A stretch of 64,000 bases of DNA, taken from Macrostomum lignano (lineage: Eukaryota). Below the pieces are notes generated by a model. It saw only the letters and a list, made by a program, of their open reading frames with translations. It did no database searches and was not told where the DNA came from. Made by a program: the position numbers and the translations under genes. Location of the stretch: NCBI GenBank assembly GCA_002269645.1, contig NIVC01000558.1:124001-188000 (forward strand). The letters are read 5' to 3'. Positions 12,164 through 23,500 of the stretch are shown here, piece after piece (within the stretch, counting starts at the first letter, position 1; each line of letters begins with the position of its first letter).

Positions 12164-12859
12164 CCCTTTACGCTACACCTGTACGTTAGGCATGTACACT
12201 TCACATTAACTGCGCGAGCAGTGAAGAGCCGAGATTCCAATTTAGAACCAAATTCATGCGAGTGCACTTGGAATCGAGCCTGGACCGTTGGCACATCAGA
12301 GCACTGCGTCAGACCACTGAGCTACCTCTCCCTATGTGTCCAAGGAATAGAAATTCTATATTTACCTCTTATATTATTCTATATAAAAGTGAATCAAAGC
12401 CAACAGCTCCTCAAACTTGGCTTCAAAACCCCTCAGACGTGCTCGAGGGCGGCAAGACGGTGGGCCAAGCCGTCAACTTTGTCTACGAACCGGACGTCAT
12501 TCAACATGATCCTGTACGGCCTGCCGAACATTCTCGTCACCCTGATTGACAAGTGACCTTCAGTGGAGCGGAGCTGGGGCGTATATTGTATAATAAATAC
12601 GTTTTACAGAAGTCCATTTGCATTCAATAATTTGCAACAGAGACCATAGCTAGCTGTGGAAGATGCTCAATAACTGCAGTCAGAATATTTGCATTTGTAG
12701 GCCAACATGTTCCCTTTATGTGATATCATAGTTTGTACCCTCTAAAAATAAACCCTCCGATTTTATAATTAATATTTTCCCAATTATCCCAAGCCAGCTC
12801 AGTTGGCATGAGGATTTCGATGTCAAACATGAAAAGACTTTTTGGAATTTTCTGCATAT

Positions 12860-13085
12860 CCTACATTGAGACAGCTGGCAAATTGAAATATTTCATTAGA
12901 GGCAAAACCGACAGGATGGTCAGAGAAGGGCTGGTTAGAATACTGATCTACACAATTTTCAGTTCTTGATTCACTTTTAATTAACGAAACGCTTAGGTGA
13001 GGAATATATTTCGAGGGGAAAGGACGATCACTTGATGCAGACAGAATCACTGAAATGCTTGCTTTCTTGTTTTGCTTGAGACCCA
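12860..13085. repeat. Dispersed repeat, homologous to ~35700-36110 (old element, unclassified)
   Basis: Shared GGTTA.AATACTGATCTA...TTCAGTTC..GATT.ACTTTTAATTAACG. Confidence 0.6.
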
Positions 13086-14557
13086 ACTGACTGAAAATAA
13101 GGCTCTCTAGCGGGTTCCGATGAGGATCTTAGTGACAACCCCGCACTGGTGTGGCAGAGGATGCGGCAGCAGCATCGTATCGAAGCATGGAGAGCTGGTT
13201 ATTCAGGCGTCAAACCCTCCGTGCATAGAGAACTCAAGAAGAGACTCATCATACAATAATCTATTAAGCTATTTATCAATTCGTATTTTATCGCCTTTCC
13301 AGGTAGCGTTTTGCTTCTGCATCCTGCAGCTTGAGTAATGAACATCTTGGCAAGAAGTGCATCTGCAGCTTTCGCGGTGGCTTTTCAATGGTCTTCAACT
13401 ATGAGGCGTCCAACTTTTTATTTGATTTGAAATCTACAATATCCGAACTACAGGTTAATAGGGAACTACTTCGTAATCAAAACTACAGTGAAACTCAGTT
13501 TAAAACTTCAGCATTGTAAAATAACGGTCATGGAGCACTGTAATGGAACACGGGTGGAGCACGAGAGTCATTAAGAAAGTGTTATAAAAGAAGGAACGGT
13601 CTCTCGATCATTTATTTGACCAAAGCTGAATTTCGGTCTGAAAATCGAAACCTACAAGTGTTTCGTGATCACTGGTCAAATTCACCACCGGAGACCGGCG
13701 AGACTAATCACAATAAATAGAGAGAAGCAAGATCATCCGTACACTCTTTGTCAGCGAAACGGCCGTAGACTCGGCAAGAGAGCTGGGAGATTAGAAAAAA
13801 TACCGAGACAGATCGATGTTGTAAGAAACCGCTACTGACAGACACGCCTCAGCCATAATAGTCAAGGTAAGGACTTTATAATAAAGGCAATAGAGACAGG
13901 AGAGGAGAGGAGAGGAGAGGAGAGGAGAGGAGAGACAATGGAAGCTGTCAGTCTAAAAATCGAAACCTACAAGTGTTGAGAACTAAAGTTTTCAAACAGC
14001 CAAAGAAGATTACAAAATTATGAGTTCAGCTCAAGCTGCTGCATCAAGCAAGTATTCCCAACTTCTCGCTGACCCAGCCGACATTTGAATTTTACATTTG
14101 CCTGTACCTGTACATTTGGCTTGAATATTTTCATTGAACAGCATTAGCCATTGGGTATTAAAGTCCGCAGAACAAAATCTCAGAGAAAAGACAGCATCAA
14201 AGCAGACGCGCTGTTTAAACAGAAAAATCAATTCAGCATGCAGTGTAATGTGTCTCGATGTGCGCATTTTTTAGAAGCGCAACTGAGTCAGCAAAAGGAA
14301 AGATGTACAGATATCGTTAGGCATTAAAGCTAAATTGCAGACATTTGGCGAAAATTGTTAGATATAGAAAGTTTAAAACCTATAGAATCAACTGAATTCA
14401 TCAGAAGAAAATAAGGGACACTCACCTGTAAAGTGCACTGAACAGTTATTGGGTCTGATATTAAAGTCCAAAGGAAAGATGTACCTGGACATCTTTAGGC
14501 ATTAAAACTAATTTGCAGACATTTGGCGAAAATTGTTAGAAATAGAAAGTTTAAAAC

Positions 14558-16518
14558 TGCTGTGGCTATAAGCCAAGCCAAGTCGAACCATAGACAAAAT
14601 GGTTCCCAGCACACCATACGCTTCTACGCGTAATGAGAGCAAGTTAGGCTTGCAGAAATAATAATAATAAAATACAAAAAGCAAGAGCCGAAGATCGGCT
14701 AGTTAATTTAAGTTCAAGACTTGTTCATTTGATTTATCATTAAACAAACAAAAGACACAACAGTGGCGTCGCGAGCAGGATGGCACCACCAACACCGGCA
14801 GCTGAGAAAATGGCATCGCCAGTGAAGTCTGCAGCAAAGACGGTTACTAAGGATGGCAAAGTGCCACAGCCTGCGAGTCTGGAAGGAATCGGCCAAACTG
14901 CACAATTCCACCAGCCAATGATCGGAAACAACATGCTCAACATGATCGACATTGAGAAGCTCGAGGAAGGAAAGTCGTTTCCACGATGGATGGAACGCTT
15001 CACAGTTACGGCCAATCTCTGCAAATGGGGAGAGGAAGAAAAGGCGCAGATTTTGCTCATGCGTCTGTCTGCTGGTCTGTACGACACGCTGGCGGATCAT
15101 CTGGCTCCTACATTACCGAGCACAATGTCTTTCGAAGAGCTCAAAAAGGCGCTGAAGGAGATCCTGGTGCCTAAAACATATGTCCTGTCTGAACGGTACG
15201 CCTTTCAAAATGCCAAGAAGGACGCAAAAGAGGGCATTCGAGCATTCGCTGAGAGGCTGCTCAAAGCGTCGGATAAATGTGCATTTTGCAACAAGGAGGA
15301 ACGGCTCCGGGACCAATTCATCTGCGGACTGAATGACAAGGTCATCATAGCAAAGCTGCTAATCCAAGATTTTGAGGAGCTAACCTTCAAGGCTGCTGTG
15401 GCAAAAGCCGAGGCGTATGCGTCACTGAAGGACACACATATAATGCAGTCAGCGACGGCATCGAAAGCAGAAGGGATGGTCATGAAAATCGGCCGCTCAA
15501 AACCAACACTGTCAAAGCCGATCGCACCCAGAGGAGACAAGAAGTGCCCTCGTTGTGGTGGCAACCAGCATCCAAAGGCAGCATGTCCGGCTATGGGAAA
15601 AACCTGCAAGAGATGCGGTAAGCCAAACCACTTTCAAAAGGCATGTCGGTCAAGCTTATCCAGTCAACAGAACTTTGTGGCTGAGGATTCTGCACAAAGA
15701 GACATTTTGCACACTGACACTGGCAGAGAAGCGTCGTGCTCTACAGTGAAGCTGGCTTGTCAAGTAGAAGGCAAAATGCAATCCATAATCTGTCAGATTG
15801 ACACAGGAGCTTCGGTTTCAGTTTTGTCCAGCAAGCTGCGGTGGAAATTTGGAAAGCCAAAGTTGCGAGGCAGCACCTCGACTTTGGTGGGCTACACCGA
15901 CGGACACAAATTCGACCAATTGGGTTCATTGCCTGTCGTCACGGAATGGAAAGGAAGAAACATGAAGGTTACGTTTCAAGTAGTACGCTCAAACCGCAAC
16001 TTTGCATTGCTCGGACGAGATTTCATCAAATTCAATCCGGAATGCGTCTCTATTGGACATACAGAGATGAAGGATTCAGCTCCATTCAAGGCAAGCTTAC
16101 GATTAGTCGATGGCGCAGTGCCTAAGTACATCAAAGCGAGGCCTGTGCCATTCGCATTGCGCGAGCGTCTGAAATGCGAGATCGACAAGCTTGTGACTGA
16201 CGGAGTTATCGAGCAAGTTAGCTTTTCGCAGTGGGCGTCACCCATTGTGACTGTGCAAAAACCCAATGGCAGTCTCAGGATCTGTGTCGACTATAAGACG
16301 ACTATAAGTCAATCCAAAGCTACAGCAAGATAGCTACCCGTTGCCAACAGTTGAAAAAGCATTCGCAGCAGTGACAAATTGCAAATACTACCCGATTTTG
16401 GATCTCGAGAAGGCATATAACCAGGTGCACCTAGACGACTCTTCCAAGGATATCACCGTGATGTCTACACCATTCGGGAACTTCAGATACAACCGTCTTG
16501 TCTTCGGATTAAAGACTG
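14558..16518 (+). mobile_element. 3'-truncated Ty3/Gypsy LTR retrotransposon (Mag-like): putative 5' LTR ~14558-14762, PBS 14764-14779
   Basis: TG...AACA followed by PBS TGGCGTCGCGAGCAGG directly before the ATG. RT breaks off before the YxDD motif; no RNase H, integrase or 3' LTR. Confidence 0.85.
14780..16518 (+). pseudogene. Gag-protease-RT polyprotein (ORF 14780-16333; frameshift at ~16307, RT continues to ~16518)
   Basis: Gag LRDQFICGL. Tandem Zn knuckles CPRCGGNQHPKAAC / CKRCGKPNHFQKAC. Protease IDTGAS. RT WASPIVTVQKPNGSLRICVDYK, YPLP, LDLEKAYNQV, TPFGNFRYNRLVFGL. Confidence 0.9.
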
Positions 16519-16587
16519 ACAGAAACTGCTGCAGCACTCGATCGCATGGCACGTGTCCTGTGCAAGCCGCACACCGCACGCCGCGGA

Positions 16588-16928
16588 TGTCACTACCGGT
16601 TGGATGACTACAGAGGGGATTGAAATGATGCGTTTGTTGTGCATGCGCCCTCGTCGGTTTGCAGGGCGCCATGCACTTTTGGGCTGGCTAGGGCTGGCTA
16701 GGCGTGGCCGAGTCTGGCCGCGGCCGGGCTTTGCGCGTGCCCCTCCGTGCTCAGGGCTGGTTGGCTGCGGCCGGGCCGGCTTTGGCGCGGGTTCTCTCCC
16801 CCCCCAGGCGGGGTCTGTTTGTCTCAGGGTTTTGTTGGTATTATTGCGTGACTCTGGGTTTCGTCTTTTGTTCGCTCCGAGATTACAAACGATACTTGAC
16901 TCAAGTTAACAAGTAAGAAACAGTGACA
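16588..16928. mobile_element. Possible solo LTR (TGTCACT...AGTGACA)
   Basis: 7-bp inverted termini around a GC-rich 341-bp block. No target-site duplication found. Confidence 0.3.
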
Positions 16929-17142
16929 TTAGCAGCTTAAATCAAAGAAACTGCAAGCGATACGTGAACGGTTAACCTTAGTCACTTAGCCCAATTGAGA
17001 AATCAGTCAAGCACCGCTTGGAGACCTCCTTCTCGATGCAGCTCCTCGCTCAGGCGCCTGTCTTGCTGGGAGTCATCTGAGAGCCTGGAATGATCCAAGA
17101 AGCGTGTGGGTGATTTGCTCAGAGTTGGATGGGCAGAACAAG

Positions 17143-17530
17143 CAGGAGAGCTGAGAGTGCAGCTGCTGCAGCACTCAGACTGGCATCTCAAGCATGAGAG
17201 CTGAGAGTGCAGCTGCTGCAGCACTCAGACTGGCATCTCAAGCAGGAGAGCTGAGAGTGCAGCTGCTGCAGCACTCAGACTGGCATCTCAAGCATGAGAG
17301 CTGAGAGTGCAGCTGCTGCAGCACTCAGACTGGCATCTCAAGCATGAGAGCTGAGAGTGCAGCTGCTGCAGCACTCAGACTGGCATCTCAAGCATGAGAG
17401 CTGAGAGTGCAGCTGCTGCAGCACTCAGACTGGCATCTCAAGCATGAGAGCTGAGAGTGCAGCTGCTGCAGCACTCAGACTGGCATCTCAAGCATGAGAG
17501 CTGAGAGTGCAGCTGTTGCAGCACTCAGTC
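17143..17530. repeat. 50-bp minisatellite, ~7.7 copies
   Basis: GAGAGCTGAGAGTGCAGCTGCTGCAGCACTCAGACTGGCATCTCAAGCAT with period 50. Confidence 0.95.
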
Positions 17531-17967
17531 TAACCCAATCTCAACCCTCCTGAGTTTTGCTGCAATTTTTGCCCCAAGCTGCCAGCCTTAAGAGCAGCAG
17601 AGACGTGCCGACAGTACACGGTTTTACTCAAGTATCAAATTCAAGTAAAATAGTTTTTGTCCATATGAGCTCGCTTCATGACACTCCCCTATCTTTCGCT
17701 GTTGCACGATGTGGGACAAAAAACCATCCCTTGTTTGATCCGAAAATGAAATGCAAAAAAATCTTTCTGTATTTCCTGTCTTCTCTTTTTCTTTCCTTCT
17801 TTCTCGCTCACTTCTTTCCTCGTCACTGTGTTCGCCTCTTCTTCTAAAACCAAACAGGCCTACATTTTATAACAGAATCATTTCAACAAGATTTTTCTGA
17901 TAAAGTTACAGAAATGTTTCACAAGCACGATGCAGTACTGAAAAGATTCGCGCAATTATCGCCTCAC

Positions 17968-19725
17968 TCACCCCGCTACACTGACATCCAGCAGTCGCAG
18001 CATCTGCCGCTGCTCAAATCGCTGTGCCACCTGCGAACACGTCAGACCCCGACCGTCTCGATGACTCACATCAGCTCCTCTGTCCATCAAAGCCTTGGCT
18101 GCTCGCACGTGACCGGCTTCGCACGCTCGTGACATAGCAGTCCGACCCTGACTGTCTTCAGCACGTACTGACGCACCGAGATCGATGAGTTTCTCAATGA
18201 GCTCGTGATGACCTGCATCAGCTGCCAGCATGAGAGCAGTGGCTCCAGTGCTGTCTGGCAGATCGACATGCTCTTTGCTGACTCGCTCATCATTGATCAG
18301 TGTGACAGCAATTGTGTCAGCAAGAGCGACGTGTCTTTGAGAGACGGAGAGACGGAGCAGCTGTGTGATGTGAGCTGGCTGCATTCGAGAGAGGGTGTCA
18401 GTGAGAACAGAGTTCCTGCCCTCGATGGCCATTGCTGCAGTAAAGCTAAGGATGGTGCTGGATTGGAAGAGCCAGTCGGGCTCGAGGCCAAGGGAGGCAA
18501 CGACATCTTCGCGAATACGAGAGCAAGCGTTGACTGCGCATTGGAAACGGAGATTCATTTTCTGATCTGGACTTGAGAGACACGAGATGAGGAACTTGAC
18601 GACTTCCGACTGACCATCTTCTACAGCAGATTTGGCAGCGTCGATGCAGCAGCGATCTCTGATTGCTTGATCAGCGACTCGTGACACGAGAAACTTGACG
18701 TCTTCTATGTGACCATGTCTTGCAGCTGATTTGGCAGCGTCGATGCAGCAGCGATCTCTGTTTGCTTGGTCAGCGACTTGTGAGACGAGAAACTTGACGA
18801 CTTCCCACTGATCAGTATATGCAGCAGATTCGGCAGCGTCGATGCAGCTGCGATCTCTGTTTGCTTGGTCAGCGACTTGTGAGACGAGAAACTTGACGAC
18901 GTCCCACTGACCCTTTTCTACAGCAGATTCGGCAGCGTCGATGCAGCAGCGATCTTTGTTTGTTTGGTCATCGATTTGTGGAACGAGAAACTTGACGACT
19001 TCCCACTGACCATCTTCTACAGCAGATTTGACAGCGTCGATGCAGCAGCGATCTCTGATTGCTTGGTCAGCGACTTGTGACACGAGAAACTTGACGTCTT
19101 CTAAGTGACCATGTCTTGCAGCAGATTCGGCAGCTTTGATGCAGCAGCGATCTCTGTTTGGTTGGTCAGCGACTTGTGAGACGAGAAACTTGACGACTTC
19201 TAAGTGACCATGTCTTGCAGCTGATTTGGCAGCGTCGATGCAGCAGCGATCTCTGTTTGCTTGGTCAGCGACTTGTGGCACGAGAAACTTGACGACTTCC
19301 CACTGACCCTTTTCTGCAGCAGATTCGGCAGCGTCGATGCAGCAGCGATCTCTGTTTGTTTGGTCAGCGACTTGTGGCACGAGAAACTTGACGACTTCCC
19401 ACTGACCCTTTTCTACAGCAGATTCTGCAGCCTTGATGCAGCAGCGATCTCTGATTGCTTGGTCAGCGAATTGTGACACGAGAAACTTGACGACTTCTAA
19501 GTGACCATGTCTTGCAGCTGATTCTGCAGCGTAAATGCAGCACTCTCTGTTTTGTTGTTCGGAAACATTCGATACGAGAAACTTGACGACTTCTAAGTGA
19601 CCATTTATTGCAGCGCTAATTATAGCATATTCGATTTCGAAGTTAGCACGCTGTGCAGCCCTTCGAGCATCTTGTGGGTTGTTGCTGCTGGTGACGACAC
19701 GATGCCGGCTTTGGCTTTGGCCCAT
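17968..19725 (-). CDS. Ankyrin-repeat protein, 585 aa: MGxxxS N-terminus, 11 tandem 33-aa ankyrin-like repeats, helical linker, 3 canonical ankyrin repeats
   Basis: Uninterrupted ORF with 99-bp DNA periodicity at ~18590-19610. C-terminal TALMLAADAGH and TAMSRACEAGH. The stop overlaps a GTGAGT donor, so a further 3' exon is possible. Confidence 0.85.
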   Translation of the reverse strand: MGQSQSRHRVVTSSNNPQDARRAAQRANFEIEYAIISAAINGHLEVVKFLVSNVSEQQNRECCIYAAESAARHGHLEVVKFLVSQFADQAIRDRCCIKAAESAVEKGQWEVVKFLVPQVADQTNRDRCCIDAAESAAEKGQWEVVKFLVPQVADQANRDRCCIDAAKSAARHGHLEVVKFLVSQVADQPNRDRCCIKAAESAARHGHLEDVKFLVSQVADQAIRDRCCIDAVKSAVEDGQWEVVKFLVPQIDDQTNKDRCCIDAAESAVEKGQWDVVKFLVSQVADQANRDRSCIDAAESAAYTDQWEVVKFLVSQVADQANRDRCCIDAAKSAARHGHIEDVKFLVSRVADQAIRDRCCIDAAKSAVEDGQSEVVKFLISCLSSPDQKMNLRFQCAVNACSRIREDVVASLGLEPDWLFQSSTILSFTAAMAIEGRNSVLTDTLSRMQPAHITQLLRLSVSQRHVALADTIAVTLINDERVSKEHVDLPDSTGATALMLAADAGHHELIEKLIDLGASVRAEDSQGRTAMSRACEAGHVRAAKALMDRGADVSHRDGRGLTCSQVAQRFEQRQMLRLLDVSVAG

Positions 19726-19835
19726 TGTTTCAGACAGCCGTAATAAAGTGCGGTAAGTGGAATAAAGGTGGTGTAACGGTAGAGGGAACAGAACAGACCG
19801 AAGAGAAGAGAGAGGAAAGATAAAAAGAGAAACGG

Positions 19836-19980
19836 TTCTGTCAGAGTGGTAGATGTCAGTCAGGGCTGCTGTCAGAGTGGAAGATGTCAGTCACGGCTGC
19901 TGTCAGAGTGGCAGATGTCAGTCACGGCTGCTGTCAGAGTGGCAGATGTCAGTTACGGCTTCTGTCAGAGCGGCAGGTGT
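19836..19980. repeat. 31-bp tandem repeat, ~4.5 copies
   Basis: GTCAGAGTGGCAGATGTCAGTCACGGCTGCT. Confidence 0.9.
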
Positions 19981-20518
19981 TTCAATGGTTTGTGCAGCCG
20001 GTTGCCAGAAAGATTTCACCGCCTCATCTCTCAGCTGCCCCCCTTTTGCAGCCTCTGGCGAGGCCGACCACCCCCGGCCTGAGCAGCCGAAACTTCTCTC
20101 CCGAGCATGAGCGCTGAGTCCGCCGCCTTCGCCTCTGTGCACCCAGCATGGCAACGGGGAGGCTGCGGCTGCAGCGGCCACCCCAAGCTGTACTTGATGA
20201 GGCTGAGCTGACCCATTGTGCCTCAGTGCAGTGTGAGATCTTTAAATGCATTTAATGGCCCACTGAGCGGTGTAAAATGCTGCTCAGTCCCGCAGTGCAT
20301 CGGTTTGAGGAGGCGGTCAAATGTACAATAAAATGCATTGTTAAACTGGGCAGTTTTCTCTCTCACCCTGCACTCTGGCCAGTCTCGCCTCTCGCCTCTG
20401 CTCCTCTCGGGTGCACTTCAGGCAATTGAGAATCCGCTGGGTTGAATTTACAAGTTCAGGTGAATCTCTGCTGCTCCTTCTGTTCATAATTTAAACAGGT
20501 GGCAAACAGCCATTGTGG

Positions 20519-23500
20519 CCCCTACAGTCACCATCCCTTCACTCACCATCCCTACAGTCACCATCCCTACAGTCACCATCCCTTCACTCACCATCCCTAC
20601 AGTCACCATCCCTACAGTCACCATCCCTTCACTCACCATCCTCTACAGTCACCATCCCTACAGTCACCATCCCTACAGTCACCATCCCTACAGTCACCAT
20701 CCCTACAGTCAGCATCCCTTCATTCACCATCCCTACAGTCCCCGTCCCTTCACTCACCATCCCTACAGTCATCATCCCTACAGTCACCATCCCTACAGTC
20801 ACCATTACTACAGTCACCATCCCTTCACTCACCATCCCTACAGTCACCATCCCTACAGTCAGCATCCCTACAGTCACCATCCCTTCACCCACCATCCCTA
20901 CAGTCACCATCCCTTCACCCACCATCCCTACAGTCACCATCCCTACAGTCACCATCCCTACAGTCACCATCCCTACAGTCACCATCCCTTCACTCACCAT
21001 CCCTACAGTCACCATCCCTGCAGTCACCATCCCTACAGTCACCATCCCTGCAGTCACCATCCCTGCAGTCACCATCCCTGCAGTCACCATCCCTACAGTC
21101 ACCATCCCTACAGTCACCATCCCTACAGTCAGCATTCCTACAGTCACCATCCCTTCACTCACCATCCCTACAGTCCCCGTCCCTGCAGTCACCATCCCTG
21201 CAGTCACCATCCCTACAGTCAGCATCCCTACAGTCAGCATCCCTACAGTCACCATCCCTGCAGTCACCATCCCTACAGTCACCATCCCTGCAGTCACCAT
21301 CCCTGCAGTCACCATCCCTGCAGTCACCATCCCTACAGTCACCATCCCTACAGTCACCATCCCTACAGTCACCATCCCTACAGTCACCATCCCTACAGTC
21401 ACCATCCCTGCAGTCACCATCCCTGCAGTCACCATCCCTGCAGTCACCATCCCTGCAGTCACCATCCCTGCAGTCACCATCCCTGCAGTCACCATCCCTG
21501 CAGTCACCATCCCTGCAGTCACCATCCCTGCAGTCACCATCCCTGCAGTCACCATCCCTACAGTCACCATCCCTACAGTCACCATCCCTGCAGTCACCAT
21601 CCCTGCAGTCACCATCCCTGCAGTCACCATCCCTGCAGTCACCATCCCTGCAGTCACCATCCCTACAGTCACCATCCCTGCAGTCACCATCCCTGCAGTC
21701 ACCATCCCTACAGTCACCATCCCTACAGTCACCATCCCTACAGTCACCATCCCTGCAGTCACCATCCCTGCAGTCACCATCCCTACAGTCACCATCCCTA
21801 CAGTCACCATCCCTACAGTCACCATCCCTACAGTCACCATCCCTACAGTCACCATCCCTACAGTCACCATCCCTACAGTCACCATCCCTACAGTCACCAT
21901 CCCTACAGTCACCATCCCTGCAGTCACCATCCCTGCAGTCACCATCCCTACAGTCACCATCCCTACAGTCACCATCCCTACAGTCACCATCCCTACAGTC
22001 ACCATCCCTACAGTCACCATCCCTACAGTCACCATCCCTACAGTCACCATCCCTACAGTCACCATCCCTACAGTCACCATCCCTACAGTCACCATCCCTA
22101 CAGTCACCATCCCTACAGTCACCATCCCTACAGTCACCATCCCTACAGTCACCATCCCTACAGTCACCATCCCTGCACCATCCCTACAGTCACCATCCCT
22201 ACAGTCACCATCCCTACAGTCACCATCCCTACAGTCAGCATCCCTACAGTCAGCATCCCTACAGTCACCATCCCTACAGTCACCATCCCTACAGTCACCA
22301 TCCCTACAGTCACCATCCCTACAGTCACCATCCCTACAGTCACCATCCCTACAGTCACCATCCCTACAGTCACCATCCCTACAGTCACCATCCCTACAGT
22401 CAGCATCCCTACAGTCACCATCCCTACAGTCACATCCCTACAGTCAGCATCCCTACAGTCACCATCCCTACAGTCACATCCCTACAGTCACCATCCCTAC
22501 AGTCACCATCCCTACAGTCACCATCCCTACAGTCACCATCCCTACAGTCACCATCCCTACAGTCACATCCCTACAGTCACCATCCCTACAGTCACCATCC
22601 CTACAGTCACCATCCCTACAGTCACCATCCCTACAGTCACCATCCCTACAGTCACCATCCCTACAGTCACCATCCCTACAGTCACCATCCCTACAGTCAC
22701 CATCCCTACAGTCACCATCCCTACAGTCACCATCCCTACAGTCACCATCCCTACAGTCACCATCCCTACAGTCACCATCCCTACAGTCACCATCCCTACA
22801 GTCACCATCCCTACAGTCACCATCCCTACAGTCACCATCCCTACAGTCACCATCCCTACAGTCACCATCCCTACAGTCACCATCCCTACAGTCACCATCC
22901 CTACAGTCAGCATCCCTACAGTCACCATCCCTACAGTCACCATCCCTACAGTCACCATCCCTACAGTCAGCATCCCTACAGTCACCATCCCTACAGTCAC
23001 CATCCCTACAGTCACCATCCCTACAGTCACCATCCCTACAGTCACCATCCCTACAGTCACCATCCCTACAGTCACCATCCCTACAGTCACCATCCCTACA
23101 GTCACCATCCCTACAGTCACCATCCCTACAGTCACCATCCCTACAGTCACCATCCCTACAGTCACCATCCCTACAGTCACCATCCCTACAGTCAGCATCC
23201 CTACAGTCACCATCCCTACAGTCACCATCCCTACAGTCACCATCCCTACAGTCAGCATCCCTACAGTCACCATCCCTACAGTCACCATCCCTACAGTCAC
23301 CATCCCTACAGTCACCATCCCTACAGTCACATCCCTACAGTCACCATCCCTACAGTCACCATCCCTACAGTCACCATCCCTACAGTCACCATCCCTACAG
23401 TCACCATCCCTACAGTCACCATCCCTACAGTCACCATCCCTACAGTCACCATCCCTACAGTCACCATCCCTACAGTCACCATCCCTACAGTCACCATCCC

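Noticed and set aside
12400-12560. GC-rich coding-like patch (e.g. minus-strand MFGRPYRIMLNDVRFVDKV...)
   Set aside because: No recognisable motif or convincing splice sites, and several frames are equally open.
14294-14557. ~90-bp direct duplication upstream of the Gypsy LTR as a second LTR
   Set aside because: It does not match the putative LTR; a simple local duplication.
17003-17224. 73-aa ORF as the last exon of the ankyrin gene
   Set aside because: It starts inside the 50-bp repeat and no in-phase acceptor could be established. Needs transcript data.
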